Notes: generated by a model from the sequence alone, not told the origin. Counted from the stretch's first letter, positions 20,937 to 31,714 are shown. The stretch: 57,783 nucleotides of DNA from a virus (IMGVR_UViG_3300045988_161144:1-57783), one strand, 5' to 3'. Numbers and translations: made by a program.

Positions 20937-21189
20937 TTAAACCCATCTCCATCATCAAATTTTCAACTTCTGGGTCATTCTGGTCACTTGGGTCTGATTT
21001 TTTACCGTCCATTCTTCGTTCTTCTTCATCAATCAAATCCAATTCTGTTAAATAAAGGAAACTTATTGTCCATGTGTCTGTTTCCCAAAATTCTTTTAAG
21101 GACATACCTAAACCTTTCATTCTATGAACAAGTAATTTATATATCCCCAACATTATCTGTTCAAGTTGCCAAGAATAATCGCTCATCAT
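20926..21189 (-). CDS. Acidic small protein (87 aa), possible tail assembly chaperone partner
   Basis: Position between major tail gene and tape measure; acidic C-terminus. Confidence 0.3.
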   Translation of the reverse strand: MMSDYSWQLEQIMLGIYKLLVHRMKGLGMSLKEFWETDTWTISFLYLTELDLIDEEERRMDGKKSDPSDQNDPEVENLMMEMGLIDD

Positions 21190-21220
21190 TGGAGTGATTA
21201 TCTTGGGGTTTGTTGAATCA

Positions 21221-21823
21221 TCATCTTCTCTGAAATGATTCTATTCTCTCATTTTGTGCTTCAATATCTAATTGGATTTGTCTACGGATTTTGGCTTCTT
21301 TTTCACCAAGCATACACATTTGATAATAATTAGTGAGGTTTCCAGCAACTCTTATATCAATTGGATCATATTCGTTTAAGAATTCTTCAGCAGTGATTCC
21401 ATCAAGCATCGCCTCAACTTTTTTAGCCATGATTTTAGTGGTTTCTTCTTGTATTTTCAAATAATCTTCTTCATGTGCTTCATCATGTTCAACTATTTGT
21501 TTTCTTAAAGATTTTAATTCATCAAGACATTCTTCTTGTTTGTCCAAGTATCTGAGAGCTAAATCAAGTTCCTTATCTGATGGCTCATCTTTCATATCAA
21601 TAATATCTATTTTCCTTTCAAAATTATTGATTTTTTTAACCAATGTTTCCTCATTATCTTCCATGAGTTCCAATTCATCTTGAATTGGTTTCATTTCTTT
21701 AAGTTTAGCTTGTAATTGCTCATCATATTTCTTTAAATCTCCCATCGGACATCTTTTAAAATATAATTCTTTACCACATAATGGAATTGGGGTTTCAGTA
21801 AATTTTCTTGCCATAATAATCAC
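21221..21823 (-). CDS. Coiled-coil acidic protein (200 aa), putative tail assembly chaperone
   Basis: Position directly downstream of putative major tail protein; heptad-rich sequence. Confidence 0.35.
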   Translation of the reverse strand: MIIMARKFTETPIPLCGKELYFKRCPMGDLKKYDEQLQAKLKEMKPIQDELELMEDNEETLVKKINNFERKIDIIDMKDEPSDKELDLALRYLDKQEECLDELKSLRKQIVEHDEAHEEDYLKIQEETTKIMAKKVEAMLDGITAEEFLNEYDPIDIRVAGNLTNYYQMCMLGEKEAKIRRQIQLDIEAQNERIESFQRR

Positions 21824-21898
21824 AAAAAAGTATAAAAATTTATTAAAAAAATAAGAAAAGAAGAATAAAGAAAGTATAAAAAGTTATTTCCCTAAAAT

Positions 21899-23281
21899 TT
21901 AAGATTTGACTAAAGCCACATTAACTGTGGTTTTGCCAGTAACCTTAACTTGTTCAGTTTTAGTAGTGTAACCAGTTTTACTGATACTTGCACTATAATC
22001 ACCAGCAGTTAATGATAATATAGTCTCACCGTTATCATCAGTATTTCCAGTGATTGCTCCAACAGTCACAGTAGCACCTTTAATTGGAGTAGTCCCTTCT
22101 TTAACAACAAATTTAACATCATATTTGGTGTCGGCAGAATTAGATGGGTCATCTACACCATAATCATATTTAAGGTCATTTAATGTGCAGCCTTCATTAT
22201 CAGTATGTAAATCAGATAAATCAGTCCATATATCAACAGTCACAAATGATTGTCCTGGTTCTTCAGACACTTTCCATTCAACTGTTAAATCTTTAGCTTC
22301 ATCACCAGATAATGGGGATTCTGCTTTAGTTAAAACAATTTTTTGGAAATGGATTAAAGTACGGTAATTGTAAGTGGAATCACCTATTTTGCCTCCAACA
22401 GCATCATATGCAATTTGTTTATAGATGGATTCATCAGTAACAGAATGAGATTTACTATTACCACCTTCAAATTCAGGTTCAAGTTTCCTTGTTTTATCAG
22501 TCCATGGGACTTTGAAACTACCTTCAGTTTCTCTTGAACCCATGAATTTGGTGTTTTTACCAAACTCATCATCTTGACATGGTTGAGTTTCAGCATTATT
22601 ATTGATACTAAATGAAGATTCAAGGTAACATCCAAGTTTACTTAACTCTTCTAATTTTTTATCAACATCACCATAATATATTGCTACTTGTTTAGGTTTC
22701 ACAAAGTTAGTATTTTTAGCATAACTTCTTGAAGGATTAGTCATGTTAAAATTATTGTAATCAGAAAGATATTTTGGGTGAATTGATGGTTTTTCATCAT
22801 TCTTAAAATTACATTCTAATTCATTCAACATTGCATTGTTAAATACTCTACCGTCATCAACAGTTTTAGCAAACCCATTATATATAGTAGTTAATGGTAA
22901 TTCAATTGGATTATCATTATTTGTTGGGTCTACAATTGATGGGAAGAAGAACCTGTAATGATATACTCCAGTTGCTACTTCCTCTTTAGTGTATTTTCCA
23001 AGTAAGTGATACCAGTAATCTTCAAATCCTTCACCATATCTCCATGCGTCCTCCCATTCAGGTTCACTTGATGCATCATTACGATATTCGCCCATATCGA
23101 TTGAAGCAGTACCAGTATGTCCCTCATCAGTTTCAGTACTTATATCATTACCAGATTCAAAATCAACCCCACGAACACTCACCATATATTTAGCAAATGT
23201 TTCTTTGTCAAGGTCATCGGATTTGTTTCCAAATCCCCAAAAATGCCAAGTTGCACTTGGTGCAATATTAGATTTCGCCAT
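21899..23281 (-). CDS. Major tail protein (460 aa) with C-terminal Ig-like/CarboxypepD_reg-like domain
   Basis: Gene-order logic (after connector genes, before chaperones and tape measure); C-terminal VKEGTTPIKGATVTVGAITGNTDDNGETILSL..GDYSASISKTGY is a typical Big/CarboxypepD_reg-like module. Confidence 0.5.
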   Translation of the reverse strand: MAKSNIAPSATWHFWGFGNKSDDLDKETFAKYMVSVRGVDFESGNDISTETDEGHTGTASIDMGEYRNDASSEPEWEDAWRYGEGFEDYWYHLLGKYTKEEVATGVYHYRFFFPSIVDPTNNDNPIELPLTTIYNGFAKTVDDGRVFNNAMLNELECNFKNDEKPSIHPKYLSDYNNFNMTNPSRSYAKNTNFVKPKQVAIYYGDVDKKLEELSKLGCYLESSFSINNNAETQPCQDDEFGKNTKFMGSRETEGSFKVPWTDKTRKLEPEFEGGNSKSHSVTDESIYKQIAYDAVGGKIGDSTYNYRTLIHFQKIVLTKAESPLSGDEAKDLTVEWKVSEEPGQSFVTVDIWTDLSDLHTDNEGCTLNDLKYDYGVDDPSNSADTKYDVKFVVKEGTTPIKGATVTVGAITGNTDDNGETILSLTAGDYSASISKTGYTTKTEQVKVTGKTTVNVALVKS

Positions 23282-23481
23282 TATTTATTCCTCCTCTTCC
23301 TTTTAATTTGAACATAATTTCCATTCAATTTAAGTCTTTTAATAAGGCTTTTCTTTTCATCTGGGACTGTAAAGGTCATACCATTAACCAATTCATCATT
23401 TTTCTCCATAATTCCATAAATGACAAGGTCAATGTCTTTGAACCCATTTTCCCCAATATATTTAAAATCCATAATAATCAA
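23281..23481 (-). CDS. Hypothetical small head-tail joining protein (66 aa)
   Basis: Overlapping start/stop with neighbours in structural operon. Confidence 0.3.
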   Translation of the reverse strand: MIIMDFKYIGENGFKDIDLVIYGIMEKNDELVNGMTFTVPDEKKSLIKRLKLNGNYVQIKRKRRNK

Positions 23482-23924
23482 TACCTTAATTCATAATAAA
23501 CAGATACTAAACTTGCAAAAGTAGTTTTGGCAGCTTTATAACTGTCTTTATCCTTGTTTACATATCTTAAAACAGCCAATTCACTACCTCCCATGAGTTT
23601 TAAATCAAACCCTAATTCATCAGTACTGGATTCAATACTATCCATAACTTTCAATAATGCTTCATTATAATCCCATAAGTCTTTAATTGCTTCCCTTTTG
23701 TTTAAATTATCATCAGCAAGAATAATTTCAAGTGTCCGTTTAGATACATCACAACCATGGTCATTCTCACGACCCCAAGGACCAGCATGGAAAACAATAC
23801 ATGGAAAAGAAGCAGAATTTGGGGATAACTCAATATCGTCCCAGTAAATAGTGATTTGTTTAAATGATGGGTGCTGTCTAATTTTAGCCGCAATATGTTC
23901 GAGGGCATCTTGCACTTTACTCAT
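23478..23924 (-). CDS. Head-tail connector / tail completion protein (148 aa)
   Basis: Operon position between capsid and tail genes. Confidence 0.35.
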   Translation of the reverse strand: MSKVQDALEHIAAKIRQHPSFKQITIYWDDIELSPNSASFPCIVFHAGPWGRENDHGCDVSKRTLEIILADDNLNKREAIKDLWDYNEALLKVMDSIESSTDELGFDLKLMGGSELAVLRYVNKDKDSYKAAKTTFASLVSVYYELRY

Positions 23925-24734
23925 CTACCTTAACCCCCAAGAAATGTTTGTAGAACCAGTTAATTTGGGATTAATATAATTATCTTCAGGATTATTATAG
24001 ATACTATCCAAATATGCCTTAATTCCACTATCTACCTTACCAAACAACCTATCAGCATAATTGTTTGATTCTGATTTCGGTTCTTTCATAGGTTTAGATT
24101 CATATTCCCATACGGTGAGCCAAGCATATGCTCCAGCACACATCAACACATATTTCTCCAATTGTTTAGGATATTCCTCATAATGATTGAAATAATCTGT
24201 ACTGTTTAATTTATCAATAACATATCTTTCACCATCAGCATAGGATTTATCCAAATCAGATAATGTATGAGTATAATCATGACTTCTAAAAACAATGCTA
24301 AGTATCTTTAAATCAACAACATCTACTCCAAAATTTAATGAAATTTTTTTGATACCAGTTAAATTACTACTGATATCAGTCATAGTATAATTTTCATCAA
24401 TCTCAAATTCAAGTAATGTTGTTTTATCTTTAATTAATGGTTGGTCTGGTGCAGATGCTTCAAGGATTGGCAATGTTCCTTCATCATCTATACAAAAACC
24501 TATTTTTGGAGTAATATTATCTACATCATTTGATGATTTTATGAGTAATTGAACAACATCAACACCCTTAAATGCATCATGACATAAATCGAAAACAAAA
24601 TTATCACCAGACCACAACAATAAATCATTCCCATCATCATCTAACACTCCAGATTCCAAGATGACAGGATATTGCCTATCGAGTTTCGCACCTTTTAAAT
24701 AATGCACAATCTCATAATATGTTTCCATCTCCAT
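23925..24734 (-). CDS. Head-tail connector protein (269 aa)
   Basis: Operon position; contiguous with neighbour (stop/start adjacent). Confidence 0.35.
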   Translation of the reverse strand: MEMETYYEIVHYLKGAKLDRQYPVILESGVLDDDGNDLLLWSGDNFVFDLCHDAFKGVDVVQLLIKSSNDVDNITPKIGFCIDDEGTLPILEASAPDQPLIKDKTTLLEFEIDENYTMTDISSNLTGIKKISLNFGVDVVDLKILSIVFRSHDYTHTLSDLDKSYADGERYVIDKLNSTDYFNHYEEYPKQLEKYVLMCAGAYAWLTVWEYESKPMKEPKSESNNYADRLFGKVDSGIKAYLDSIYNNPEDNYINPKLTGSTNISWGLR

Positions 24735-24740
24735 AAATCA

Positions 24741-25046
24741 TCACAATTCAACTTTATTAACAGTAGAACCATCAGAAACTACAAAATACTTCTTAGAATT
24801 AGTTGTATCAGAAACCACTCCAAAACAAGCACCACTACCAAGAGCAGATAAAATCTCAGCATCAGTAACAGTAGCACCAGAAGCAGCAGTAGAAACAATT
24901 TTAGCAGTACCAGAAGACTCTGAAGGACTACCTACAATAATATGTTCACAAATATCTTTCAAATTCAAATATAATCTTTTATCAACAATTTTCCCCTTAC
25001 GGAATAATTGTCTAAAATCAAATTTCAAATCCATCTTAAAAAACAC
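24741..25046 (-). CDS. Small head protein (101 aa), Gly/Ser/Ala/Thr-rich C-terminus
   Basis: ORF directly downstream of putative capsid gene. Confidence 0.3.
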   Translation of the reverse strand: MFFKMDLKFDFRQLFRKGKIVDKRLYLNLKDICEHIIVGSPSESSGTAKIVSTAASGATVTDAEILSALGSGACFGVVSDTTNSKKYFVVSDGSTVNKVEL

Positions 25047-25092
25047 TCCTCTAAAAAATCTTTAAAAAGAAAAATTATAGGTGAAAATGGAT

Positions 25093-25965
25093 TTACACAT
25101 CCTCTTGCCATAACATAGCCTTAGGGTGTTTTACTCCAATACCATACTCCATCCACATCTCAACAATGTGATCCTTAGGAGAAGCTTGTTCTTGGAACAC
25201 ATCAACATTAACAATTGAACCCTTAACAGAACTGTATTTATCATTAATATTATAATAGAAAGACAATGGTTTAATTTTCAAATCCAATCCAACTAATCCT
25301 TTAGTGTATTCAGTTACTTTATGCATTGCAGAACCTTCACAATCTTCAGGAGTAAATGATTCATTTAATGCTTTCCAATATTTCTTAGCACCATACCATG
25401 ATGGTTTACCAACAAACATATCAGTTAATTCATACTCATATCCTTCAATATCAAATGCTTCCTGCATATCCACAATATCTTCAGAAATCATATTACTGGT
25501 TTTCCAAGAACCATCATTCAATGTAATGGTGTTTGCTTTAGCATAATTCACCATAGTATTCAAGAAATCATAATTAATCATCCTACTCATAGAATATGCT
25601 GCCCTATCCATATAACGGATTAATGGTTCTACAAGTTTATTTTCCCTTGTAGCTTTTAAATCAGATATTCTGAAACTGAACCCATACCTTTTAGTATCAC
25701 CATGAATAGATGAAATTGGACTAACTTTGATTTCATGTAATCTTGATTCTTCACTAATTACTTCAGGCTTTGATAATACACCTGATTTAATATCATCTTC
25801 TGCAGAAACCTCATCAACATATTGTTCAAAAGTAGTTGAACCATATAAATTAATTGGTTTAAACATTCCAAGGAATCCCATTGAAGGATTCATTTTCTCC
25901 AAAATATATGGTTCGATGAATTCTCTGCGAAGACATTCTTCCATACTTGTTACTTCAGCACTCAT
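25093..25965 (-). CDS. Putative major capsid protein (290 aa)
   Basis: Position after portal/scaffold genes; size compatible with a small HK97-fold capsid protein; no motif-level proof. Confidence 0.45.
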   Translation of the reverse strand: MSAEVTSMEECLRREFIEPYILEKMNPSMGFLGMFKPINLYGSTTFEQYVDEVSAEDDIKSGVLSKPEVISEESRLHEIKVSPISSIHGDTKRYGFSFRISDLKATRENKLVEPLIRYMDRAAYSMSRMINYDFLNTMVNYAKANTITLNDGSWKTSNMISEDIVDMQEAFDIEGYEYELTDMFVGKPSWYGAKKYWKALNESFTPEDCEGSAMHKVTEYTKGLVGLDLKIKPLSFYYNINDKYSSVKGSIVNVDVFQEQASPKDHIVEMWMEYGIGVKHPKAMLWQEDV

Positions 25966-25983
25966 TTAATCACCAAAAAAATA

Positions 25984-26577
25984 TTATTTTTCAAAGTTCC
26001 CATAGTATCCGAACAATACTTGGACTCTACCACTTTTCAATGCTTCTTTACCAGTTAATGCAATTGCCCTAATAGATTTAGTTGATTTGTCCCATTTACC
26101 ATCAGAGGTGATTGCTACACCATCACCAGGTTTAATTTCAGCATTTTGTTCAGTTAATTCAACAGTTTCAATGATTGTACCATATAATCTAACTGTTGCC
26201 CTTCTCCTAACATATTCGCCATCAGTTTTGTTCTCTAATGGTCTTGCTGCTGCATTATCCCATTCAGGATTGCTTATCAATTTACCAATGAGTGGTTTTA
26301 AACCAGTTGCTTTTTTAACTGTTTTCGCTTCTGAATCAATTAATTCAACATAATCGCCTTTAGCTAATTCATTAGCGAAAGTCCACACAGGCAATTTTCC
26401 AAATACACCATTTGCATCAGGGTGATATGACACATCTCCCTCAACAAGTGCAAATGAAATATCTATATAGAAAGGTGCATAATCTCCTTTCACTTCTCCT
26501 TCATTACCAAAATTTACTACCATAATACTCACCACAAAATAAATATTATAAAAATTAAATATACTTAGGCTCTTCAC
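25984..26577 (-). CDS. Head protein (197 aa; true start may be internal at MVVNFG), possible decoration protein
   Basis: ORF between scaffold-like and capsid-like genes. Confidence 0.3.
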   Translation of the reverse strand: MKSLSIFNFYNIYFVVSIMVVNFGNEGEVKGDYAPFYIDISFALVEGDVSYHPDANGVFGKLPVWTFANELAKGDYVELIDSEAKTVKKATGLKPLIGKLISNPEWDNAAARPLENKTDGEYVRRRATVRLYGTIIETVELTEQNAEIKPGDGVAITSDGKWDKSTKSIRAIALTGKEALKSGRVQVLFGYYGNFEK

Positions 26578-27403
26578 CAGTTATTTCCTCATACATGGTT
26601 CTGAATTTGTCCCTATCAAAACCTTCTTCATTATCTTCTTTATTTGGAGGATTACCATTACCAGAACCTTGTCTTGAACTAACACCACGAGGTTCTTGTT
26701 TAATAACTCTTGTTTCCGCAATAACTTCTAACTGTTTCAAATCAAAAGATTCATATTTACTACGGAGTTCATCACTATCTCCAGCCAATTCATCTAAAAG
26801 TTTATCTCGTTTAATAGCAGAATATTCATCATATTTTTTAGCTTTAGGAGTTAATTCCTCAAGTTTAGCACTACTCTTGGAATATTTCTTCTCCAAGTCA
26901 GAATATTTCTTCTCCAACTCCTCATTTTTAGCTAATTTTTGTTTCAATGATTCCAATTCATTATCTTTCTGAGCCATTTCTTTCTCAAGTTCAGCATTCC
27001 TTCTCATTGTTTGTTGTAACATTTCATCAGACAAATAATCACTTCCAACTTCACTATTATTCAAAATATGGGTTCTCGGGGTTTTAGTTAAACCAACACT
27101 TAACAATTCCCCATTAACTGGTTGTAAAAAACCATCTCTCTCAACCAATTCTGCCTTAAATTGAGGGCTAAGACCATAACCAGACATATCAACATTATCT
27201 GATACATCACACTTCAAAATACCATCAACAAACATAAAATTAGAAACAGAACCAATAACTTCATTAGTATGTTTTTTAGTCAAATCAACTGATTCAACAT
27301 CTTTAATTACATCTTTTAAAAAGTCTTCATCATATCTGACTGGTTTATCAGTTAAACCATTTTCCACATATAATGAAGATAGTGGTTTAAATAAATCATA
27401 CAT
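26555..27403 (-). CDS. Scaffolding-like protein (282 aa) with coiled-coil C-terminal half (KEMAQKDNELESLKQKLAKNEELEKKYSDLEKKY)
   Basis: Heptad-rich charged sequence, position between portal and capsid genes. Confidence 0.4.
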   Translation of the reverse strand: MYDLFKPLSSLYVENGLTDKPVRYDEDFLKDVIKDVESVDLTKKHTNEVIGSVSNFMFVDGILKCDVSDNVDMSGYGLSPQFKAELVERDGFLQPVNGELLSVGLTKTPRTHILNNSEVGSDYLSDEMLQQTMRRNAELEKEMAQKDNELESLKQKLAKNEELEKKYSDLEKKYSKSSAKLEELTPKAKKYDEYSAIKRDKLLDELAGDSDELRSKYESFDLKQLEVIAETRVIKQEPRGVSSRQGSGNGNPPNKEDNEEGFDRDKFRTMYEEITGEEPKYI

Positions 27404-27453
27404 AACACAAAACCAACCTTAAAAAAATCTCAACAACCACAATTTAGGTTATA

Positions 27454-28713
27454 TCATAGATTAACTTCAGCTAAACGACCATCACCATTACGGATATTAT
27501 TAATATTAAGACCATCACTTGGTGAAACATTCAAATTATTCATGTCCTCATCATCTAAACCATCTTCAACTTCTTGTATTGGATTGAAATCCAACCAAAC
27601 AGTGTCTTTACTATAACCACCAATTTCAAGTTGAGTATTGAATACTTCCTTTTTAATCCAACGATTCAATTTATTCTGCAAAAATTCTTGCATAAGAACC
27701 CTACCAGACTTATTACTATCTAATTGGACAACGGCAGTACTACGATTACTACTACTACTGGAAAATACTGCTTCAGGAGTAATTAAACCAACATAAACCT
27801 GTTTTTCAAGAACATTAATATATTCCTGTACTTTAGGCAATACAGTATCACCTACAAGTTCAACAGAAACACCATATGGAACTGCAACAGCTCCAGCTTC
27901 ATGATAATTAGTCATGTTGTCAAGGATAGTCTTCATCTCATCAATGGATAAATTTAAATTCCTAACATCCTTGTTACCAACAGTAGCAACCATAGTATTA
28001 GTCTGCTTATATACAATTTGTGGAAGCATCTGATTCAACAATTCAATCATATATACATGGTCAAGAACACCACGAACAATACTCTTCGGTTTACCTTGGT
28101 CGCGGAAGAAACAAGGGACAGTAATTTGTTCAGGGAGGAAATTAACAGTCTTATACTCTTCACTATAATTTGATGTGAAGAAATGTTTTCCAGTCCAGCC
28201 CTTATTGGTTTGTTGATTATATTTAACCCATTGTTGATAACCAATAATTTCAGTACCTGAATCATCATATAATTCTTTAATACGGTAATTTTCACCATCG
28301 AAAGCTAATTGTCTAAGAGTTAATTCATTATCAATAATGACTTTCTCATAGAAATCAACTCCTGAAATGAAATTATTCATACTAACTTCAAAAAGAAGGG
28401 ATTTAATATCCCATCTTTCCTCATGCTCCTTAATATAGGCAACGGCTTCAGGATCATCACCAACAATCTCATATCCTGAAATACTTTTCATGACAAAATC
28501 GTGGAGAATACCACTAACCAATGGTGTAGCCCCACATTTCCGAAGATTGATGATTGATGGTCTAACAAGGTCAGGTAATTTATCATGCCAATCAACACTA
28601 TGACAATCAGTATTGTCATCCACACCTTGAACACCAATTTCCTGCTCCGTATTTGGTTCTGTATTGTTAAGAGTAACCTTCCCTAATGTTCTAAATCTAT
28701 CAAAAATACTCAT
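27454..28713 (-). CDS. Portal protein (419 aa)
   Basis: Immediately downstream of TerL with 4-nt overlap; size typical. Confidence 0.5.
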   Translation of the reverse strand: MSIFDRFRTLGKVTLNNTEPNTEQEIGVQGVDDNTDCHSVDWHDKLPDLVRPSIINLRKCGATPLVSGILHDFVMKSISGYEIVGDDPEAVAYIKEHEERWDIKSLLFEVSMNNFISGVDFYEKVIIDNELTLRQLAFDGENYRIKELYDDSGTEIIGYQQWVKYNQQTNKGWTGKHFFTSNYSEEYKTVNFLPEQITVPCFFRDQGKPKSIVRGVLDHVYMIELLNQMLPQIVYKQTNTMVATVGNKDVRNLNLSIDEMKTILDNMTNYHEAGAVAVPYGVSVELVGDTVLPKVQEYINVLEKQVYVGLITPEAVFSSSSSNRSTAVVQLDSNKSGRVLMQEFLQNKLNRWIKKEVFNTQLEIGGYSKDTVWLDFNPIQEVEDGLDDEDMNNLNVSPSDGLNINNIRNGDGRLAEVNL

Positions 28714-30023
28714 AATGCCATAACCTTAAATCTATCATTATTATCTGGGATATTTCTTGTTGGGCTTAATTGTCCGCGAACACCATAAACAGCATAACCT
28801 AAAGCATCCATTGCATGGTCATTGAATTTAACAGGTTCATCAAGAGTTACTCCGTCCTTATCAACTTTCCATTTGTATCCTTTAATTTCCTTAATTGTAT
28901 TGACACATTTTGGGTGAATATGGATTTTAGTCTGTTTCACAGTATTTATTTTAGCAGTAACATCTTTGATTCCACCCTCTGCGGCGAAATCATTTTGTCT
29001 AAACTCTTCAATATCGTCAGGATTAGCCTTATCACAACAAACCATATCCAAGGATTCGGGGAGCAGGTGGTGTTCAAACAACATATCCTTAGTCTTCTGA
29101 ATGAAATCACGATTAAGTAATTCTCTCTCATAAACTTCATCTAAAACATAGCATTCATTATCATACCAACCACATAAAAGGAAACAGGAAGGGTTGTTAA
29201 ATCCAAAATCAACACCACCAGTATAGAAATCGAATGAATCACGAAGAACAACAGTGTCATAATTAGGATAAATCACACCAGAAAGTTTACCCCATTTACC
29301 TGCACTATATCTTAACCATAAATCATAATCCACATTACGAAGATTATCATAATTAGCACGAGTTTCAGGTGGGAGATAATAATTCTCACTATAATGGAAA
29401 TGGGCGGTTTTACGATGCTCTTTCTTGTAAGCTAAATCCTGTTCAGCAGTAACCCATTCACCAAAACCATTATAGTGTGCACCAACATCATCATATAAAT
29501 GGTACTTTTTGTATATCCAATGTTCCTCAGATTCTGGTTGAACAACAAGTAACATTTGAGCATAATTTCCTGGTTTTCTACTTGCTTTACCCCTACCAAG
29601 CCTAAGTAATAATTCCTCATAAAATGCAGGGTCTTTAAGTTCCTCAGCCTGCTCAATATAAATCATATCAGCATTAATACTACGAACCTTTGATAGGGAA
29701 TCCAATGCACCAAAATAGAGTTTTGATTTATTACCGAATTCAATGAATCCTTCGGATTTGTTCTCGAAATATGGGATTTTCAAGTCATATAATAATTCAC
29801 GAATCTCCTTCCAACTGGTTCTTTTCAGGGAAGGTAAAGTAACACGATAAACATAAACACTCGCCATATCATTTTGCAATGCATAGAATATGGCTTTGTA
29901 ACATGCAAAGATGGTTTTGCCTGAACCAGCAGAACCCTCAATTAATAATTCACGACTCTTGTCATCAATCCACTCCATCTGAGTGTTCGTCATCTCCACA
30001 TTCAGGTTTACCATGTTTCTCAC
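28710..30023 (-). CDS. terL: Terminase large subunit (437 aa)
   Basis: Walker A GSAGSGKT, Walker B-like MIYIEQAEE, C-terminal nuclease-type acidic residues (GVDFG, DHAMDALGYA). Confidence 0.85.
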   Translation of the reverse strand: MRNMVNLNVEMTNTQMEWIDDKSRELLIEGSAGSGKTIFACYKAIFYALQNDMASVYVYRVTLPSLKRTSWKEIRELLYDLKIPYFENKSEGFIEFGNKSKLYFGALDSLSKVRSINADMIYIEQAEELKDPAFYEELLLRLGRGKASRKPGNYAQMLLVVQPESEEHWIYKKYHLYDDVGAHYNGFGEWVTAEQDLAYKKEHRKTAHFHYSENYYLPPETRANYDNLRNVDYDLWLRYSAGKWGKLSGVIYPNYDTVVLRDSFDFYTGGVDFGFNNPSCFLLCGWYDNECYVLDEVYERELLNRDFIQKTKDMLFEHHLLPESLDMVCCDKANPDDIEEFRQNDFAAEGGIKDVTAKINTVKQTKIHIHPKCVNTIKEIKGYKWKVDKDGVTLDEPVKFNDHAMDALGYAVYGVRGQLSPTRNIPDNNDRFKVMAL

Positions 30024-30438
30024 TCATTTTTGTAATATTGATGTTAATTTTGTTGGATTCTTCATCATTAGTTGAAAGTTCAACTTCTTGTCGATTATTA
30101 TATTTAAATCGTTTCTCAAGAAGGAATGCTGCTGCCTTCCAATCCCCTTCCACTTTAGCCTTATCAGTTACTACTGTTACTAAATCCATTTCAGCTTCAG
30201 CTTCTGCTTTAAGGATTGGTTCGAAGAATCTTTGGATTTGTGTACCAGTATATCCATGTTCTTGCTCCTCTTTCATCCATCTCTTCCAGTTACGATATGT
30301 GGAGTCAGCTATACCTGCTAAACCAGCAGCCTTCTCTACCCTTACACAACTCCTAACATATTTAGCAACCTTTTCACCCAATAATTCTGGACTCCTTGCA
30401 AGTTTCTTCGGTTTATGTAACTTATACTCTTCACTCAT
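29965..30438 (-). CDS. terS: Putative terminase small subunit (157 aa) with HTH-like segment (AGLAGIADSTYRNWKRW)
   Basis: Position directly upstream of TerL with overlap; HTH-like motif typical of TerS. Confidence 0.45.
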   Translation of the reverse strand: MSEEYKLHKPKKLARSPELLGEKVAKYVRSCVRVEKAAGLAGIADSTYRNWKRWMKEEQEHGYTGTQIQRFFEPILKAEAEAEMDLVTVVTDKAKVEGDWKAAAFLLEKRFKYNNRQEVELSTNDEESNKININITKMSEKHGKPECGDDEHSDGVD

Positions 30439-30465
30439 TCACACACCACCTTATAATCCCATAAA

Positions 30466-30753
30466 TTAATCTAATAAAATGGTTGCGGTTTTTATTATGA
30501 ATAATACTCCAGATAATCCAAAAATAGAGATTAATAAGTAGATTATTGACTTATATGTTCTTGCCACACTTGTGGTCTCCATCAATTGTAACTCTACACG
30601 ACTCAAGTGTTCTAATAAATCATCTAATTTATCATTGAAGCTATCTAATCGTGCCTCAATATCATTAATTTCGTACCTTTTATGTTTAATTTGTGTTTTA
30701 AGTTCAGCAATATCTGCCTCGTGACTACATTGGTGCTCAGGTGTCTGCTTCAT
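30466..30753 (-). CDS. Small membrane protein (95 aa): coiled-coil N-part, C-terminal TM helix; holin-like candidate
   Basis: Hydrophobic C-terminal segment IIYLLISIFGLSGVLFIIKTATILL. Confidence 0.4.
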   Translation of the reverse strand: MKQTPEHQCSHEADIAELKTQIKHKRYEINDIEARLDSFNDKLDDLLEHLSRVELQLMETTSVARTYKSIIYLLISIFGLSGVLFIIKTATILLD

Positions 30754-30904
30754 TCACAGCCTCCAAATTAACAACACGATCCTTAGCCAAGAAACCAATC
30801 AAACCACCAACAATAGTAGTTAAAACAGTTTCCATACCCTGAAACAAACTCAAAACACCAATAACAGTGATGCAAACAATTAAAATAGTAATATTATCCA
30901 CCAT
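30737..30904 (-). CDS. Small hydrophobic protein (55 aa, two predicted TM segments), not in supplied ORF track
   Basis: ATG (rc of 30902-30904), translation MVDNITILIVCITVIGVLSLFQGMETVLTTIVGGLIGFLAKDRVVNLEAVNEADT, overlaps downstream gene start by 17 nt. Confidence 0.3.
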   Translation of the reverse strand: MVDNITILIVCITVIGVLSLFQGMETVLTTIVGGLIGFLAKDRVVNLEAVNEADT

Positions 30905-30905
30905 G

Positions 30906-31700
30906 AAACAACCACAACCATAAAAAATATTATAAAAAAAATAACACCCTAACCATATACTGCACTATAATATTCCGAAGAATCAACCAATAAAACACCC
31001 TCACACATAAGTACCAACCCACTAAACAGGCAAAAATACTCATCATGATGATTATCATATAAGACAATATCATCAAAAACAAAAGGAAACCTATGATTAG
31101 ACACACAAAAATTCATCATACAAAAAAAATCCTATAAAAAAAATCATAATACAATATACATACACTATAATATGTCTTACCACATACGACCACAAACACA
31201 AAGAAACATCAGAAAAAAAATAAAAAACCAAAACAAAAAAGAATAAACACAATAAACACACACCAACATGAAAAAAATAAACACAACAATGTATGTCAAA
31301 TTTTGTGTTTTTGTTTTTGTTTTTTTGTGTTGTATTGTTTTTGTTTTTTTGTGGTGGTGGTGGTTGTTTGTAATTATTAGCAATTTTTTATTATTTTTTT
31401 AGTTATTTTTAGTTATTTTTAGCTATTGTTTATAGTTTTTAGTTATTATTAGCTGTTATTTATGATTATTAGCAATTTTTTAAGTATTAATAGCAATCAT
31501 TAAAGTAAAAATAGACGTTAAAATAAGAATAATAAGAATAATAAGGATAATAAAAGAATAATTAAGAATAAAAAAATAAGAATAATAAGAATAAAAAGAA
31601 TAAAAACAAACAATAAACAACAATAAAAATAATAAAAAGAATAATAATATGGATAATTATTATATATCCTATATTATTATGTATTGTGTTATGTTATGTT
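30906..31700. repeat. Low-complexity, strongly strand-asymmetric non-coding region. Blocks are G-depleted A+C-rich, then T+G-rich, then tandem TAGTTATTTTT-like repeats, then AATAAGAAT-like purine tract. Imperfect long palindrome centred near 31290
   Basis: Direct reading; switches of base composition; tandem short repeats; located just upstream (in transcription sense) of terS. Confidence 0.7.
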
Positions 31701-31714
31701 AGTGATCTGTTTTT

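Noticed and set aside
31177-31383. ORF 31177..31383(-) (His/Lys-rich then Phe-rich)
   Set aside because: It overlaps the strand-asymmetric low-complexity palindrome. The composition-driven frame is unlikely to be a gene.
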